A stretch of 24,000 bases of DNA from Solirubrobacteraceae bacterium (GCA_036270095.1 DATBDE010000048.1:8644-32643); one strand, 5' to 3'. Positions 1 to 7,549 are shown, counted from the stretch's first letter. Notes: a model not told the origin generated them from the sequence alone. Translations and numbers: made by a program.

Positions 1-1
1 G

Positions 2-1609
2 CGCGACGAGTCCGACAAGTCGGGCGTGCGCCTGGTGATCGAGCTCAAGCGCGACGCGATCCCCAAGGTCGTCCTCAACAAGCTCTACAAGCACACCTCC
101 CTGCAGACGACGTTCGGCGTGAACATGGTTGCGCTCGTCGATGGGGTCCCGCGCACGCTGGGGCTGCGCGAGGTCATCCACCACTACGTCGACCACCAGC
201 GCGACGTGATCGTCCGCCGTACCAAGGACGAGCTGCGCAAGCGCGAGGCGCGTGCGCACATCCTCGAGGGCCTGCTGATCGCGCTCGACAACCTCGACGA
301 GGTCATCGAGCTGATCCGCTCCTCGGCCGACCCGGAGACGGCGCGCACCGGCCTGATGGGCCGCTTCTCGCTCTCCCTGGAGCAGGCCGAGGCCATCCTC
401 GCCATGACCCTGCGCCGGCTGACCGCGCTGGAGGCGGGGCGGATCAAGGCCGAGCACCAGGAGGTCATGGAGCGGATCCAGGAGCTGCGCCGGCTCCTCG
501 GCGACGAGAGCCTGATCATGGGGCTCATCCGCGAGGAGCTCGGCGAGATCCGCGAGGCCTACGGCGACGACCGCCGCACCGAGATCACGCACTCCGAGGA
601 CGACCTCGACATCGAGGACCTGATCGCCGACCAGCAGATGGTCATCACGATCACGAAGTCGGGCTACATCAAGTCGCTCCCACTGGCCACGTACCGGATG
701 CAGCGCCGCGGCGGCAAGGGCGTGACCGGAATGGACATGAAGGAAGACGACTACATCGAGCACCTGTTCATCAGCTCGACGCACGACTACCTCCTGTTCT
801 TCACCAACCGCGGCAAGGTCTACCGCTCCAAGGTCTACGAGCTGCCCGAGGCCTCGCGCACCGCCAAGGGCCGCGCGCTGGTCAACGTGCTGCCGCTGCG
901 CGACGGCGAGCGCGTGCAGTCCGTCCAGGCCACGCGTGACTTCTCCGAGCACCGCTACCTCGTCTTCGCGACCCGCAAGGGCCAGATCAAGAAGACCGAG
1001 ATGCAGGCGTACAACACGCCGATCAAGGCCGACGGGATCATCGCCATCAACATCCGCAACGACGACGAGCTCGTGGCCGTGCGCGGCACCTCGGGCGAGG
1101 AGGACATCATCATGGTCTCCCGCTCGGGCCAGGCGGCGAAGTTCTCCGAGCAGCAGGTCCGGCCGATGGGCCGCGACACCAGCGGCGTCCGCGGCATGAA
1201 CGTGGGCCAAAAGGACAACTACGTGCTCGCCATGGACATCGCCCGCCACGACCAGGACCTGCTCGTGGTGACCGAGAACGGTTTCGGCAAGCGCACGGCG
1301 ATGGACGACTATCCCCGCAAGGGCCGCGGCGCGATGGGCGTCAAGACCATCACCCTGACCGACCGCAAGGGTGTGCTGGCGGCGGCGCTCGCGGTCAAGG
1401 AGCACCAGGAGCTCGTCTTCATCTCCGAGAACGGCATGGTCCAGCGCACCTCGGTGCGGGGCATCAACCGGTACGGCCGGGCCTCGCAGGGCGTGCGCGT
1501 CATGAACGTCGCCGACGACGACCGCGCGAGCGCCGTGGCGCTGGTCATGGAGACCAACACGGACGCCGCCGCGCAGGTCGACGACGAGCCCGCGCCCGAC
1601 GACGCATAG
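2..1609 (+). CDS. gyrA: DNA gyrase subunit A, C-terminal portion (5' end lies upstream of the window)
   Basis: The reading frame is open from the window edge (RDESDKSGVRLVIELKRDAIPKVVLNKLYKHTSLQTTFGVNMVALVDGVPRTL). GyrA-box QRRGGKGV is present, followed by repeated beta-pinwheel blade-like segments and an acidic tail DDEPAPDDA. Stop is TAG 1607-1609. Confidence 0.95.
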   Translation, partial: RDESDKSGVRLVIELKRDAIPKVVLNKLYKHTSLQTTFGVNMVALVDGVPRTLGLREVIHHYVDHQRDVIVRRTKDELRKREARAHILEGLLIALDNLDEVIELIRSSADPETARTGLMGRFSLSLEQAEAILAMTLRRLTALEAGRIKAEHQEVMERIQELRRLLGDESLIMGLIREELGEIREAYGDDRRTEITHSEDDLDIEDLIADQQMVITITKSGYIKSLPLATYRMQRRGGKGVTGMDMKEDDYIEHLFISSTHDYLLFFTNRGKVYRSKVYELPEASRTAKGRALVNVLPLRDGERVQSVQATRDFSEHRYLVFATRKGQIKKTEMQAYNTPIKADGIIAINIRNDDELVAVRGTSGEEDIIMVSRSGQAAKFSEQQVRPMGRDTSGVRGMNVGQKDNYVLAMDIARHDQDLLVVTENGFGKRTAMDDYPRKGRGAMGVKTITLTDRKGVLAAALAVKEHQELVFISENGMVQRTSVRGINRYGRASQGVRVMNVADDDRASAVALVMETNTDAAAQVDDEPAPDDA

Positions 1610-1634
1610 CCGTCTTCGAGGTTCGCTACATTGC

Positions 1635-1661
1635 TCGGACCAGAGAAAGGAGGTGGTCCGA
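1635..1661 (+). other. Stem-loop (8-bp stem TCGGACCA/TGGTCCGA) whose loop and 3' arm read AGAAAGGAGGTGGTCC, complementary to the conserved 16S rRNA 3' tail
   Basis: Pairing was checked base by base: 1635-1642 pairs with 1654-1661, leaving an 11-nt loop GAGAAAGGAGG. It lies 26 nt after the gyrA stop. It may be a U-tract-less gyrA terminator and/or a ribosome-binding element; the function is unknown. Confidence 0.45.
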
Positions 1662-1825
1662 ACGTTGTCAAGTCTTTGCGGGACCCTGGAGGTGTCCGGC
1701 CGCTGACTTAGGTGGCTGGTCCGCGACAGCGGAATTCACACCGAGACACCAACCGGGCAGGTGCCGGGCTTTGTCCCTCCGGCCGCTCAGACCGCCTCCC
1801 CGGTGAAACCAGTCGCGATGTGAAA

Positions 1826-1862
1826 GAAGGGCGTCCCGAAGGTCGGGGCGCCCTTCGTCTTT
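1826..1862. terminator. Strong GC-rich hairpin, probable bidirectional intrinsic terminator
   Basis: GAAGGGCGTCCCG-AAGGT-CGGGGCGCCCTTC forms a 13-bp stem with one G-U pair. On the plus strand it is followed by GTCTTTCT. On the minus strand it is followed by TTTCAC and begins 7 nt after the stop of the GGCT-like gene (1864). Confidence 0.8.
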
Positions 1863-1863
1863 C

Positions 1864-2295
1864 TCAGACCGTGCCCAGGCGCGCCGGGAGCCCTTCGAGC
1901 AGCGCGACCCACTCCTCGGGCAGTGCGCGCTCCCTGGCGCCCCGGACGAGGAGCTCGACGTACTCGAGCCTGGGCGCGAGCTCGCTCGGCTCCTTGCTGA
2001 CGACCTCGTACGTGACGGCGGCGTGGCGGGCGCCGTCGTCGGTCGCCACCTCGACGGTGCGCCGGCGATAGCCGCCCTCGGCCGCGAACTCCTTGGCGTC
2101 CAGCGCGTCGAGGTCGGCCGCGGAGACCTCGTAGAGCGCGCCCCAGGTGGCGGCGCCGTCCGCCTCGACCACGTCGGCGGCGCCGGCCTTCCAGCGCGTC
2201 GAGCGGCGCAGGAACAGCAGCGCGAAGCCGTCCAGGCGCGCCGGCGCGACGAATTGGTGGTCGGCGCACCAGTACTCCATGATGTCGGACGCCAT
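1864..2295 (-). CDS. Gamma-glutamylcyclotransferase (GGCT/AIG2-like) family protein; start unresolved
   Basis: The frame translates to ..KYFAYGSNMASDIMEYWCADHQFVAPARLDGFALLF.., matching the N-terminal YFAYGSN(L/M) signature of GGCT-fold enzymes. Coordinates are given to the first canonical ATG (2293-2295). The conserved YFAYGSN motif lies upstream of that ATG (2296-2316), so the real start is probably further 5'. See the finding on this gene. Confidence 0.7.
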   Translation of the reverse strand: MASDIMEYWCADHQFVAPARLDGFALLFLRRSTRWKAGAADVVEADGAATWGALYEVSAADLDALDAKEFAAEGGYRRRTVEVATDDGARHAAVTYEVVSKEPSELAPRLEYVELLVRGARERALPEEWVALLEGLPARLGTV

Positions 2296-2321
2296 GTTCG
2301 ACCCGTAGGCGAAGTACTTCG

Positions 2322-2897
2322 CTAGGCCGCTTCTGGGAGGTACTGCTTCCAGTTTTCCGGGATGGTGGGCGAGGCGACGTGGATGAAGACCTGCGGGCCC
2401 GGCATGCGCGGCTTGCGCACGGGGTGCATGCCGACCTGGCGCGGGAGGCTGTCGCCCTTGCGCCGGTTGCAGGGCGCGCACGAGGCGACGATGTTGTCCC
2501 ACGTGGACGACCCGCCCTTGGAGCGCGGGACGACGTGGTCGACGGTGAGGCTCGAGCGCGATCCGCAGTACTGGCAGGTCCAGCCGTCGCGGGCGAACAC
2601 GGCGCGCCGGGTGATCTTGCGCCGGTGCACGTCGCGCGGCACGTGCACGTAGGTGCGCAGGCGGATGACCGCGGGGCGCGTGAGCGTCATGCGCTCGGAG
2701 TGCAGCGCCCGGTCGGCCTGCTCGATCACGTCGGCCTTGTCCTTCAGCAGGAGGACGACCGCGCGCCGAACCGTGCACACGTTGATCGGCTCATACGACG
2801 CGTTGAGGACGAGCACACGGCCACGCTCCGATCCGCGCCGCTGGTGCTCTCCGGGCGGCGCGGACCCCACTGGGCCTGGTGGTACGACCGTGGCCAT
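2322..2897 (-). CDS. Stand-alone HNH endonuclease family protein (McrA-like)
   Basis: 191-aa ORF. The N-terminal part VLVLNASYEPINVCTVRRAVVLLL and the HNH core CQYCG..LTVDHVVPRSKGGSSTWDNIVASCAPCNRRKG are both present. An alternative internal GTG start (..GRVLVLN) is possible. Confidence 0.85.
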   Translation of the reverse strand: MATVVPPGPVGSAPPGEHQRRGSERGRVLVLNASYEPINVCTVRRAVVLLLKDKADVIEQADRALHSERMTLTRPAVIRLRTYVHVPRDVHRRKITRRAVFARDGWTCQYCGSRSSLTVDHVVPRSKGGSSTWDNIVASCAPCNRRKGDSLPRQVGMHPVRKPRMPGPQVFIHVASPTIPENWKQYLPEAA

Positions 2898-2916
2898 GAG
2901 ACGCGCGCAAGTGTAG

Positions 2917-3750
2917 CTAGGCGGCGGGATACGAGCCCAGGACCTTGAGGGTGTCGACGTGGCTGCCGACCCCCTCGAGCGCGGCCGCCACGCCGGCGTC
3001 TTCGACCCCCCCTTCGCAGTCCAGAAAGAACATGTAGCGGCCCAGCCCGACCTTGCGCGGGCGCGACTCGATCTTGGTCAGGCTGACCTCGCGCTGGGCG
3101 AACTCGGTCAGGCAGCGAGCCAGCCAGCCGGGACGCTCGGAGCCCGCGCCCCAGAACACGACCGACGTCTTGGCCGGGCCGTCACCGGGGTGGCTTTCGC
3201 CGCGGGCGAGCCACACGAAGCGGGTCTCGTTGTCGTCGACGTCCTCGACGCCGGCGCGCAGCACGCGGCAGCCATAGAGCTCGGCCGACAGGCGCGTGCC
3301 CAGCGCCGCGGTGGGGCCGTCGCGCTCGGCCACCGTGCGTACGGCCTCGGCGGTCGAGTTGACCGCGACCACGCTGGCCTGAGGCAGCTCGGTGCGCAGG
3401 AAGCGGGCGCACTGCGCGTTGGCCTGCGGGTGGGAGAGCACGGTGGCGATCCGGTCGGTGTCGATGGCCCGGCGGGCGATCAGGCACTGGTGCACCGGGT
3501 GGACGAACTCGCCCACGATGGCCACGCCGTCGGTCTCGAGCGCGAGCGTGTCCAGGGTGACGTTGACCGACCCCTCGAGCGAGTTCTCCATCGGGACGAA
3601 GGCGCGGTCGACGCGGCCGTCGTCGACCGCCATGACCGTGTCGTAGACGGTGGCCAGCGAGACGAGCTCGAGCGCGTCGACGCCGGGCTGGGCGACGAGC
3701 GCCTCATGCGAGAAGGTGCCCTCGGGACCGAGGTAGCCGACGCGCGTCAC
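2917..3750 (-). CDS. pheA: Prephenate dehydratase (PDT domain + ACT domain)
   Basis: GTG start at 3748-3750 gives VTRVGYLGPEGTFSHEAL.., followed by ..TRFVWLAR.. and the ACT region ..LTEFAQREVSLTKIESRPRKVGLGRYMFFLDCEG. The start overlaps the upstream stop as GTGA. The rest of the 466-aa track ORF upstream is Arg-rich off-frame shadow. Confidence 0.9.
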   Translation of the reverse strand: MTRVGYLGPEGTFSHEALVAQPGVDALELVSLATVYDTVMAVDDGRVDRAFVPMENSLEGSVNVTLDTLALETDGVAIVGEFVHPVHQCLIARRAIDTDRIATVLSHPQANAQCARFLRTELPQASVVAVNSTAEAVRTVAERDGPTAALGTRLSAELYGCRVLRAGVEDVDDNETRFVWLARGESHPGDGPAKTSVVFWGAGSERPGWLARCLTEFAQREVSLTKIESRPRKVGLGRYMFFLDCEGGVEDAGVAAALEGVGSHVDTLKVLGSYPAA

Positions 3751-4280
3751 GCGCGCTCGGCGGCCGGCTCCTGCCGAGGCGGGGGCTCGGCGAGGGCCAG
3801 CCGGACGGCCTCGGCCTCCTCGGGCGAGAGGTCGATCTCGCCGCGGCCGTTGTGCACCTGCTTGGCGTACAGGCGCGCCTGGTCGCGGTGGTGGATCGAG
3901 GACAGGACCACGCCGGAGCGGTGGGCGTCGAGCAGGGCGATCGAGGTCGACTGGCGCCCCGACATCTCGCCGTAGGCGTCGTAGCGCACGAGGGCCCGGT
4001 AGGCGATGGCGCCGTCGAGCCGGTGCTCGGCCACGTCCATGCGGTCGTGGAGCTTGGCCGCGACGTCGTCGACCCACTCGTGCAGGCCGCGGAACTGCTC
4101 GGTGATGTCGGCGGCATGGGTCACGAGGTCTCGCGCCCCGAGGTCGCCGAGCACCGCCCGCTGGGCGTTGCGCACGGTCCGCAGCCGTACCGCGAGCACG
4201 ATCGCGAGGATGAGCGCGACGACGGCGACGCCCGCCGCAGCAAGCGCGACGATGCCCGTGGTGCCCGAGAGGTCGTCCAC
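3747..4280 (-). CDS. DUF4446-like protein with an N-terminal membrane anchor
   Basis: 177-aa ORF with GTG start. It has an N-terminal hydrophobic helix (GIVALAAAGVAVVALILAIVLAV), then ..YRALVRYDAYGEMSGRQSTSIALLDAHRSGVVLSSIHHRDQARLYAKQV..LSPEE.. as I recall for DUF4446. The family assignment is from memory and was not searched. Confidence 0.6.
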   Translation of the reverse strand: MDDLSGTTGIVALAAAGVAVVALILAIVLAVRLRTVRNAQRAVLGDLGARDLVTHAADITEQFRGLHEWVDDVAAKLHDRMDVAEHRLDGAIAYRALVRYDAYGEMSGRQSTSIALLDAHRSGVVLSSIHHRDQARLYAKQVHNGRGEIDLSPEEAEAVRLALAEPPPRQEPAAERA

Positions 4281-4397
4281 GGACGAGCAGGATACGAAGG
4301 ATCCAGGCGATCACCATGCGGGTCCGGCACCGCCGACGCGCGGGGTGCAGCGCCCCTGCGACAGGTCGCCGAGGCCGCGAAGGTAAAGATTTGCCAG

Positions 4398-5495
4398 CTA
4401 CTTCGTGAAGACGGCCGGGAACGACTGCGTGTTGTTGTCGACCTTCTTCTCGCCCGCCACCGGCTTGACCGTCGCCTTGATGGTCACCGGCTGGCCGGTC
4501 GGCGGCGCGGTGGTCAGCGCGAGCTCGGCCGAGCCCGACTGGCCCGCGGTCGTGTTGACCGTCTTCGTCAGGTTGATCGGTGCGCCGGCGCCGGTGATCG
4601 AGATCTGGATCTGGACGTTCTTCTCGTCGTTCTCGCCCGAGTTCGTGTAGTTGACGGTGAATGTCGGGGGCGGGCTCGACGGGATGCGGTTGGCCGAGTC
4701 GGCCGAGAGGTCGGTGCCGCCCACGCTGACCGAGTCCAGGCTGTGGCCGTGCACGCCCGGCGCCGCCTTGCCGGACGCGGTGGTGGTGCCGCCGGCGCCG
4801 CTCAGGCGCTGCGTGACGACGTTCTTGTCCAGCCAGCTCAGCGGGTCGCCCAGGAAGCGGCTCTGCGCGATGCGCTGGCCGCCGATGCCGTTGTCGTCCA
4901 GTGCCTTGGCGATCAGCGGCGCCACGCGCAGCGAGTAGATCACGTCGGAGGCGAGAAAGGCCTGCATCTGGCCGGTTATCTGCGCGATCGCGGGGCCGGA
5001 GCTGGAGGCCTGCTTGCTCAGCGCCGCCGGCAGCTCGGAGGCGATCTTGGTCAGGGCGTCGCGGCGCAGTTCGAGGGTGAGGATGAAGTCCTGCTGGGCC
5101 TGCTTCATCTCGTCGGGCACGTCGAGCTTCTTGGCCGCCTCGACCTGCTGCTCGGCGTCGCCGCGCAGGGCGTTGACCTGCACCTGCAGGTTCTGCGGGT
5201 TGCTCCCGCCCGTCGAGAGGTCCTTGAACAGCTGCGTGCCGGCCTGGTCGGACTGGGTGACGATCCGCCCCGAGTCCGTGTTGTAGCTCTTGAGCGCGTC
5301 CTCCTTCTGCGAGGAGAGGCAGCCCTGGATGAGGACGATGAGCAGGATGACGACGACCAGGCCGACGCCGCCGGCCACCAGCCGGCGGACGAAGACCCGT
5401 TGCTCCTCGGGCGTACGGCCGCTGCTGCGGCGTGGCCGCGTGGCGGTGCCGCCGCCCTCGCGGCTGGGCTCGTCACCCTCGTCGAAGAAGGACAC
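4398..5495 (-). CDS. Single-pass membrane protein with an extracytoplasmic helical region and a C-terminal Ig/CARDB-like beta-sandwich (tentative)
   Basis: GTG start at 5493-5495 is preceded by AGGAG at 7-nt spacing (plus-strand ctcct, 5503-5507). The protein begins VSFFDEGDEPS.., has a basic tail, a TM helix (LVAGGVGLVVVILLIVLI), and then ..TFTVNYTNSGENDEKNVQIQISITG... The 23 codons upstream in the track ORF lack an RBS. Confidence 0.7.
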   Translation of the reverse strand: MSFFDEGDEPSREGGGTATRPRRSSGRTPEEQRVFVRRLVAGGVGLVVVILLIVLIQGCLSSQKEDALKSYNTDSGRIVTQSDQAGTQLFKDLSTGGSNPQNLQVQVNALRGDAEQQVEAAKKLDVPDEMKQAQQDFILTLELRRDALTKIASELPAALSKQASSSGPAIAQITGQMQAFLASDVIYSLRVAPLIAKALDDNGIGGQRIAQSRFLGDPLSWLDKNVVTQRLSGAGGTTTASGKAAPGVHGHSLDSVSVGGTDLSADSANRIPSSPPPTFTVNYTNSGENDEKNVQIQISITGAGAPINLTKTVNTTAGQSGSAELALTTAPPTGQPVTIKATVKPVAGEKKVDNNTQSFPAVFTK

Positions 5496-5653
5496 GATCT
5501 TGCTCCTGGTACATGAACCCGCCGCCCCAGTATGGCGCTCGGTCTGGCTGTCATTCGCCGCCAACTGCAGGGAGCCTTCATGTCTCGTGGAATCCTGGCG
5601 GGGTGGATCCGACCGAGGTCCTTCCGACCGAACCCCTTCACACCGCCCCGGCG

Positions 5654-7528
5654 ATGCAGCCGTCGGCCCTCGTCCTGGGCCGTTATCGGCTCGAGCAACG
5701 CCTGGGCGCGGGCGGCTTCGGCGTGGTCTGGCGCGCGCGCGACGAGCGGCTCGAGCGGCCGGTCGCGGTCAAGGTCATGCCCCACCGCAAGGGCATGGGC
5801 AAGCGAGCCGAGCGCGAGGCCCTGGCGGCCGCCCGCCTGAACCATCCCGCCATCGTCACCCTCTACGAGGCGGGCAGCGACGGCGACGCCGCCTACCTGG
5901 TCTCCGAGCTGGTCGAGGGCGAGGCGCTCGACGACCTGCTCGCCGCCGGCGCGCTGTCGGACCGCGACATCGCCCGCATCGGCGCCGCGCTGGCCGCCGC
6001 ACTCGACCATGCCCATAGCCACGGCGTCATCCACCGCGACGTCAAGCCCGGCAACGTCATCGTCCCCAGCGCGCCCCACGGCGAGGCGTCCCTGGCCAAG
6101 CTCACCGACTTCGGCGTCGCCCGCCTGGTCGGCGACGACCCGCTCACGCGCACGAGCGACATCGTGGGCACGCTCGCCTACATGGCACCCGAGCAGGCCG
6201 AGGGCGAAGAGGTCGGGGCCGAGGCCGACCTGTACTCGCTCGGCCTCGTCGTCTACGAGGCGCTGACCGGGGTCAACCCGGTGCGCGGGGGCGGCCCGGC
6301 CGCGACCGCGCGACGCCTGGGCGAGCCGCTTCCGGCGATCCGAAGGGTGCGGCGGGATCTTCCTCGCGAGCTCGCCGGCGCCCTCGACCGCGCCGTGCGC
6401 CCGTACCCGGAGGAGCGCGGCTCGCTGCCCGAGCTCGGGGCGGTCCTGGCCGGGTCGGTGCGCGTGCTCGACGACGAGCCCGGCACCGTGGCCCCGAGCG
6501 TGTTCGAGGCCCCGCGCGTGTGGCGCGAGCCCAAGCCGCCGCCGGCGCCCGAGCGCGCCCCCGAGCGTCCGGTCCCCCCGCCGCCGTCGGGCACCGTCCC
6601 CTATCCGGCGGGCGCGCCTGCCGCGCCGCCGCCGCTCGCCGCGCCGCCCGGCTACGCCGCGTTGCCGCCGGGTGCCGCGCCCGGCGCCCCGTTCGCGCCC
6701 GAGCCCCCGCGGCGCCGCCGGCGCACCGTGCTCGAGCGCATCGTCGCCGCCGTGGGCGCGGCCGGCCTGACCGCGCTGGGCGCCGCCGCCTACCCCACGA
6801 CGCTGCCGATCCCGATCGCAGCGCTGGCCGCCGGCATCGGCGTGGTCGTCTTCCTGCTCCCGCGACTGGGCTGGATGACCGCAGCGGTAGGGGCCGTCGG
6901 CGTGGCGGCCGCGCAGTCCGACGGCGCGGGTGTCGGCGTGGCCATCGTGCTCGCCGCCGCGCTGTTCCCGGTGCCGTTCCTGCTCTGGCGCGCCCCCGCG
7001 TGGTGGTCGGTGCCGGTGGTGGCGCCGCTGCTCGGACTGGTCTCGCTGGCGGGCGCGTTCCCCGCGCTGGCGGGCCAGGCCAGCACCGGCTGGCGCCGGG
7101 CGGTGGTCGGCGCGCTGGGCGCGTGGTGGCTCTTGCTGGCCGAGCCGCTGGCGGCCCGGACCCTCCTGCTCGGCCGCGCGCCCGGCGTGCGCCCGCACGG
7201 CGAGTGGGCGGGATCGGCGAGCGCCGTGGTCGAGCACGCGCTGCGCCCGCTGGCGACCTCCGGAGCGGTGGCGATCATCGCGCTGTGGGCGTTCGCCGCC
7301 TTCGTGCTGCCCTACCTGATCCGCGGGCGGGCCGGCATCGCCGCCGCCGCCGTAGGCGCCGCGGTGTGGGCGGTGGGGCTCGCCGGGGGCACGGCCCTGA
7401 TCGCCAACGCCGTCCACACCCACGCCGGAACCTCGACCGCCGCGCTCCTCGGCGCCGCCCTGGCGGCCCCGCTGGCACTGGTCGCAACCGCGGCCCGAGC
7501 GCGGTCTCGCTCGCCGGACGTTTCGTAG
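5654..7528 (+). CDS. Hanks-type Ser/Thr protein kinase with a Pro-rich linker and a polytopic C-terminal membrane domain
   Basis: MQPSALVLGRYRLEQRLGAGGFGVVW, VAVKVM, HRDVKPGNV, DFGVAR and YMAPEQ are all present. The C-terminal ~260 aa consists of 8-9 hydrophobic segments. ATG 5654 is chosen because it sits just before the kinase domain. An in-frame GTG at 5603 is an alternative. The track ORF start at 5432 would overlap the divergent gene. Confidence 0.85.
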   Translation: MQPSALVLGRYRLEQRLGAGGFGVVWRARDERLERPVAVKVMPHRKGMGKRAEREALAAARLNHPAIVTLYEAGSDGDAAYLVSELVEGEALDDLLAAGALSDRDIARIGAALAAALDHAHSHGVIHRDVKPGNVIVPSAPHGEASLAKLTDFGVARLVGDDPLTRTSDIVGTLAYMAPEQAEGEEVGAEADLYSLGLVVYEALTGVNPVRGGGPAATARRLGEPLPAIRRVRRDLPRELAGALDRAVRPYPEERGSLPELGAVLAGSVRVLDDEPGTVAPSVFEAPRVWREPKPPPAPERAPERPVPPPPSGTVPYPAGAPAAPPPLAAPPGYAALPPGAAPGAPFAPEPPRRRRRTVLERIVAAVGAAGLTALGAAAYPTTLPIPIAALAAGIGVVVFLLPRLGWMTAAVGAVGVAAAQSDGAGVGVAIVLAAALFPVPFLLWRAPAWWSVPVVAPLLGLVSLAGAFPALAGQASTGWRRAVVGALGAWWLLLAEPLAARTLLLGRAPGVRPHGEWAGSASAVVEHALRPLATSGAVAIIALWAFAAFVLPYLIRGRAGIAAAAVGAAVWAVGLAGGTALIANAVHTHAGTSTAALLGAALAAPLALVATAARARSRSPDVS

Positions 7529-7549
7529 CATGGCCGGGGGTCTAACCCC

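Noticed and set aside
1610-1863. tRNA genes (tRNA-Ile/Ala often follow gyrA in actinobacteria), a 6C-type sRNA, or a 16S rRNA fragment
   Set aside because: I found no cloverleaf-compatible sequence or GTTCGAATC-like T-arm. The candidate loops are C-containing but lack the paired 6C loops. Similarity to 16S is limited to the terminal ~16 nt on the complementary strand and does not extend into helix 45.
1712-2071. 119-aa plus-strand ORF starting in the gyrA-downstream spacer
   Set aside because: It runs through the terminator hairpin and then antisense to the GGCT-like gene. It is Arg/Ser-rich with no motif. The nearest SD-like GGAGG is 19 nt away, which is too far.
2322-2897. The HNH endonuclease as part of a defence system, restriction-modification system or homing element
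   Set aside because: There is no adjacent methyltransferase, helicase, Cas, integrase or intein/intron context. It sits inside a housekeeping-looking operon and resembles the widely conserved stand-alone HNH proteins of actinobacteria.
3751-4317. N-terminal 189 codons of the 466-aa track ORF that ends as pheA
   Set aside because: This part is extremely Arg/Pro-rich and overlaps the DUF4446-like gene in another frame. PheA homology begins at GTG 3750 (VTRVGYLGPEG), which forms a GTGA overlap with the upstream stop.
5496-5564. Upstream ATG (5564) extension of the membrane beta-sandwich protein (MAANDSQTERHTGAAGSCTRSKI)
   Set aside because: No RBS precedes it, whereas the internal GTG 5495 has AGGAG at ideal spacing and gives an MSFFDE-type N-terminus. 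The extension would also shrink the divergent promoter region.
6520-6710. Pro/Ala-rich, GC-extreme stretch that looks repeat-like at the DNA level
   Set aside because: It is the in-frame juxtamembrane linker of the kinase (PKPPPAPERAPERPVPPPP...). Similar linkers occur in pstP and pknB in this window, and I could not define an exact repeat unit.
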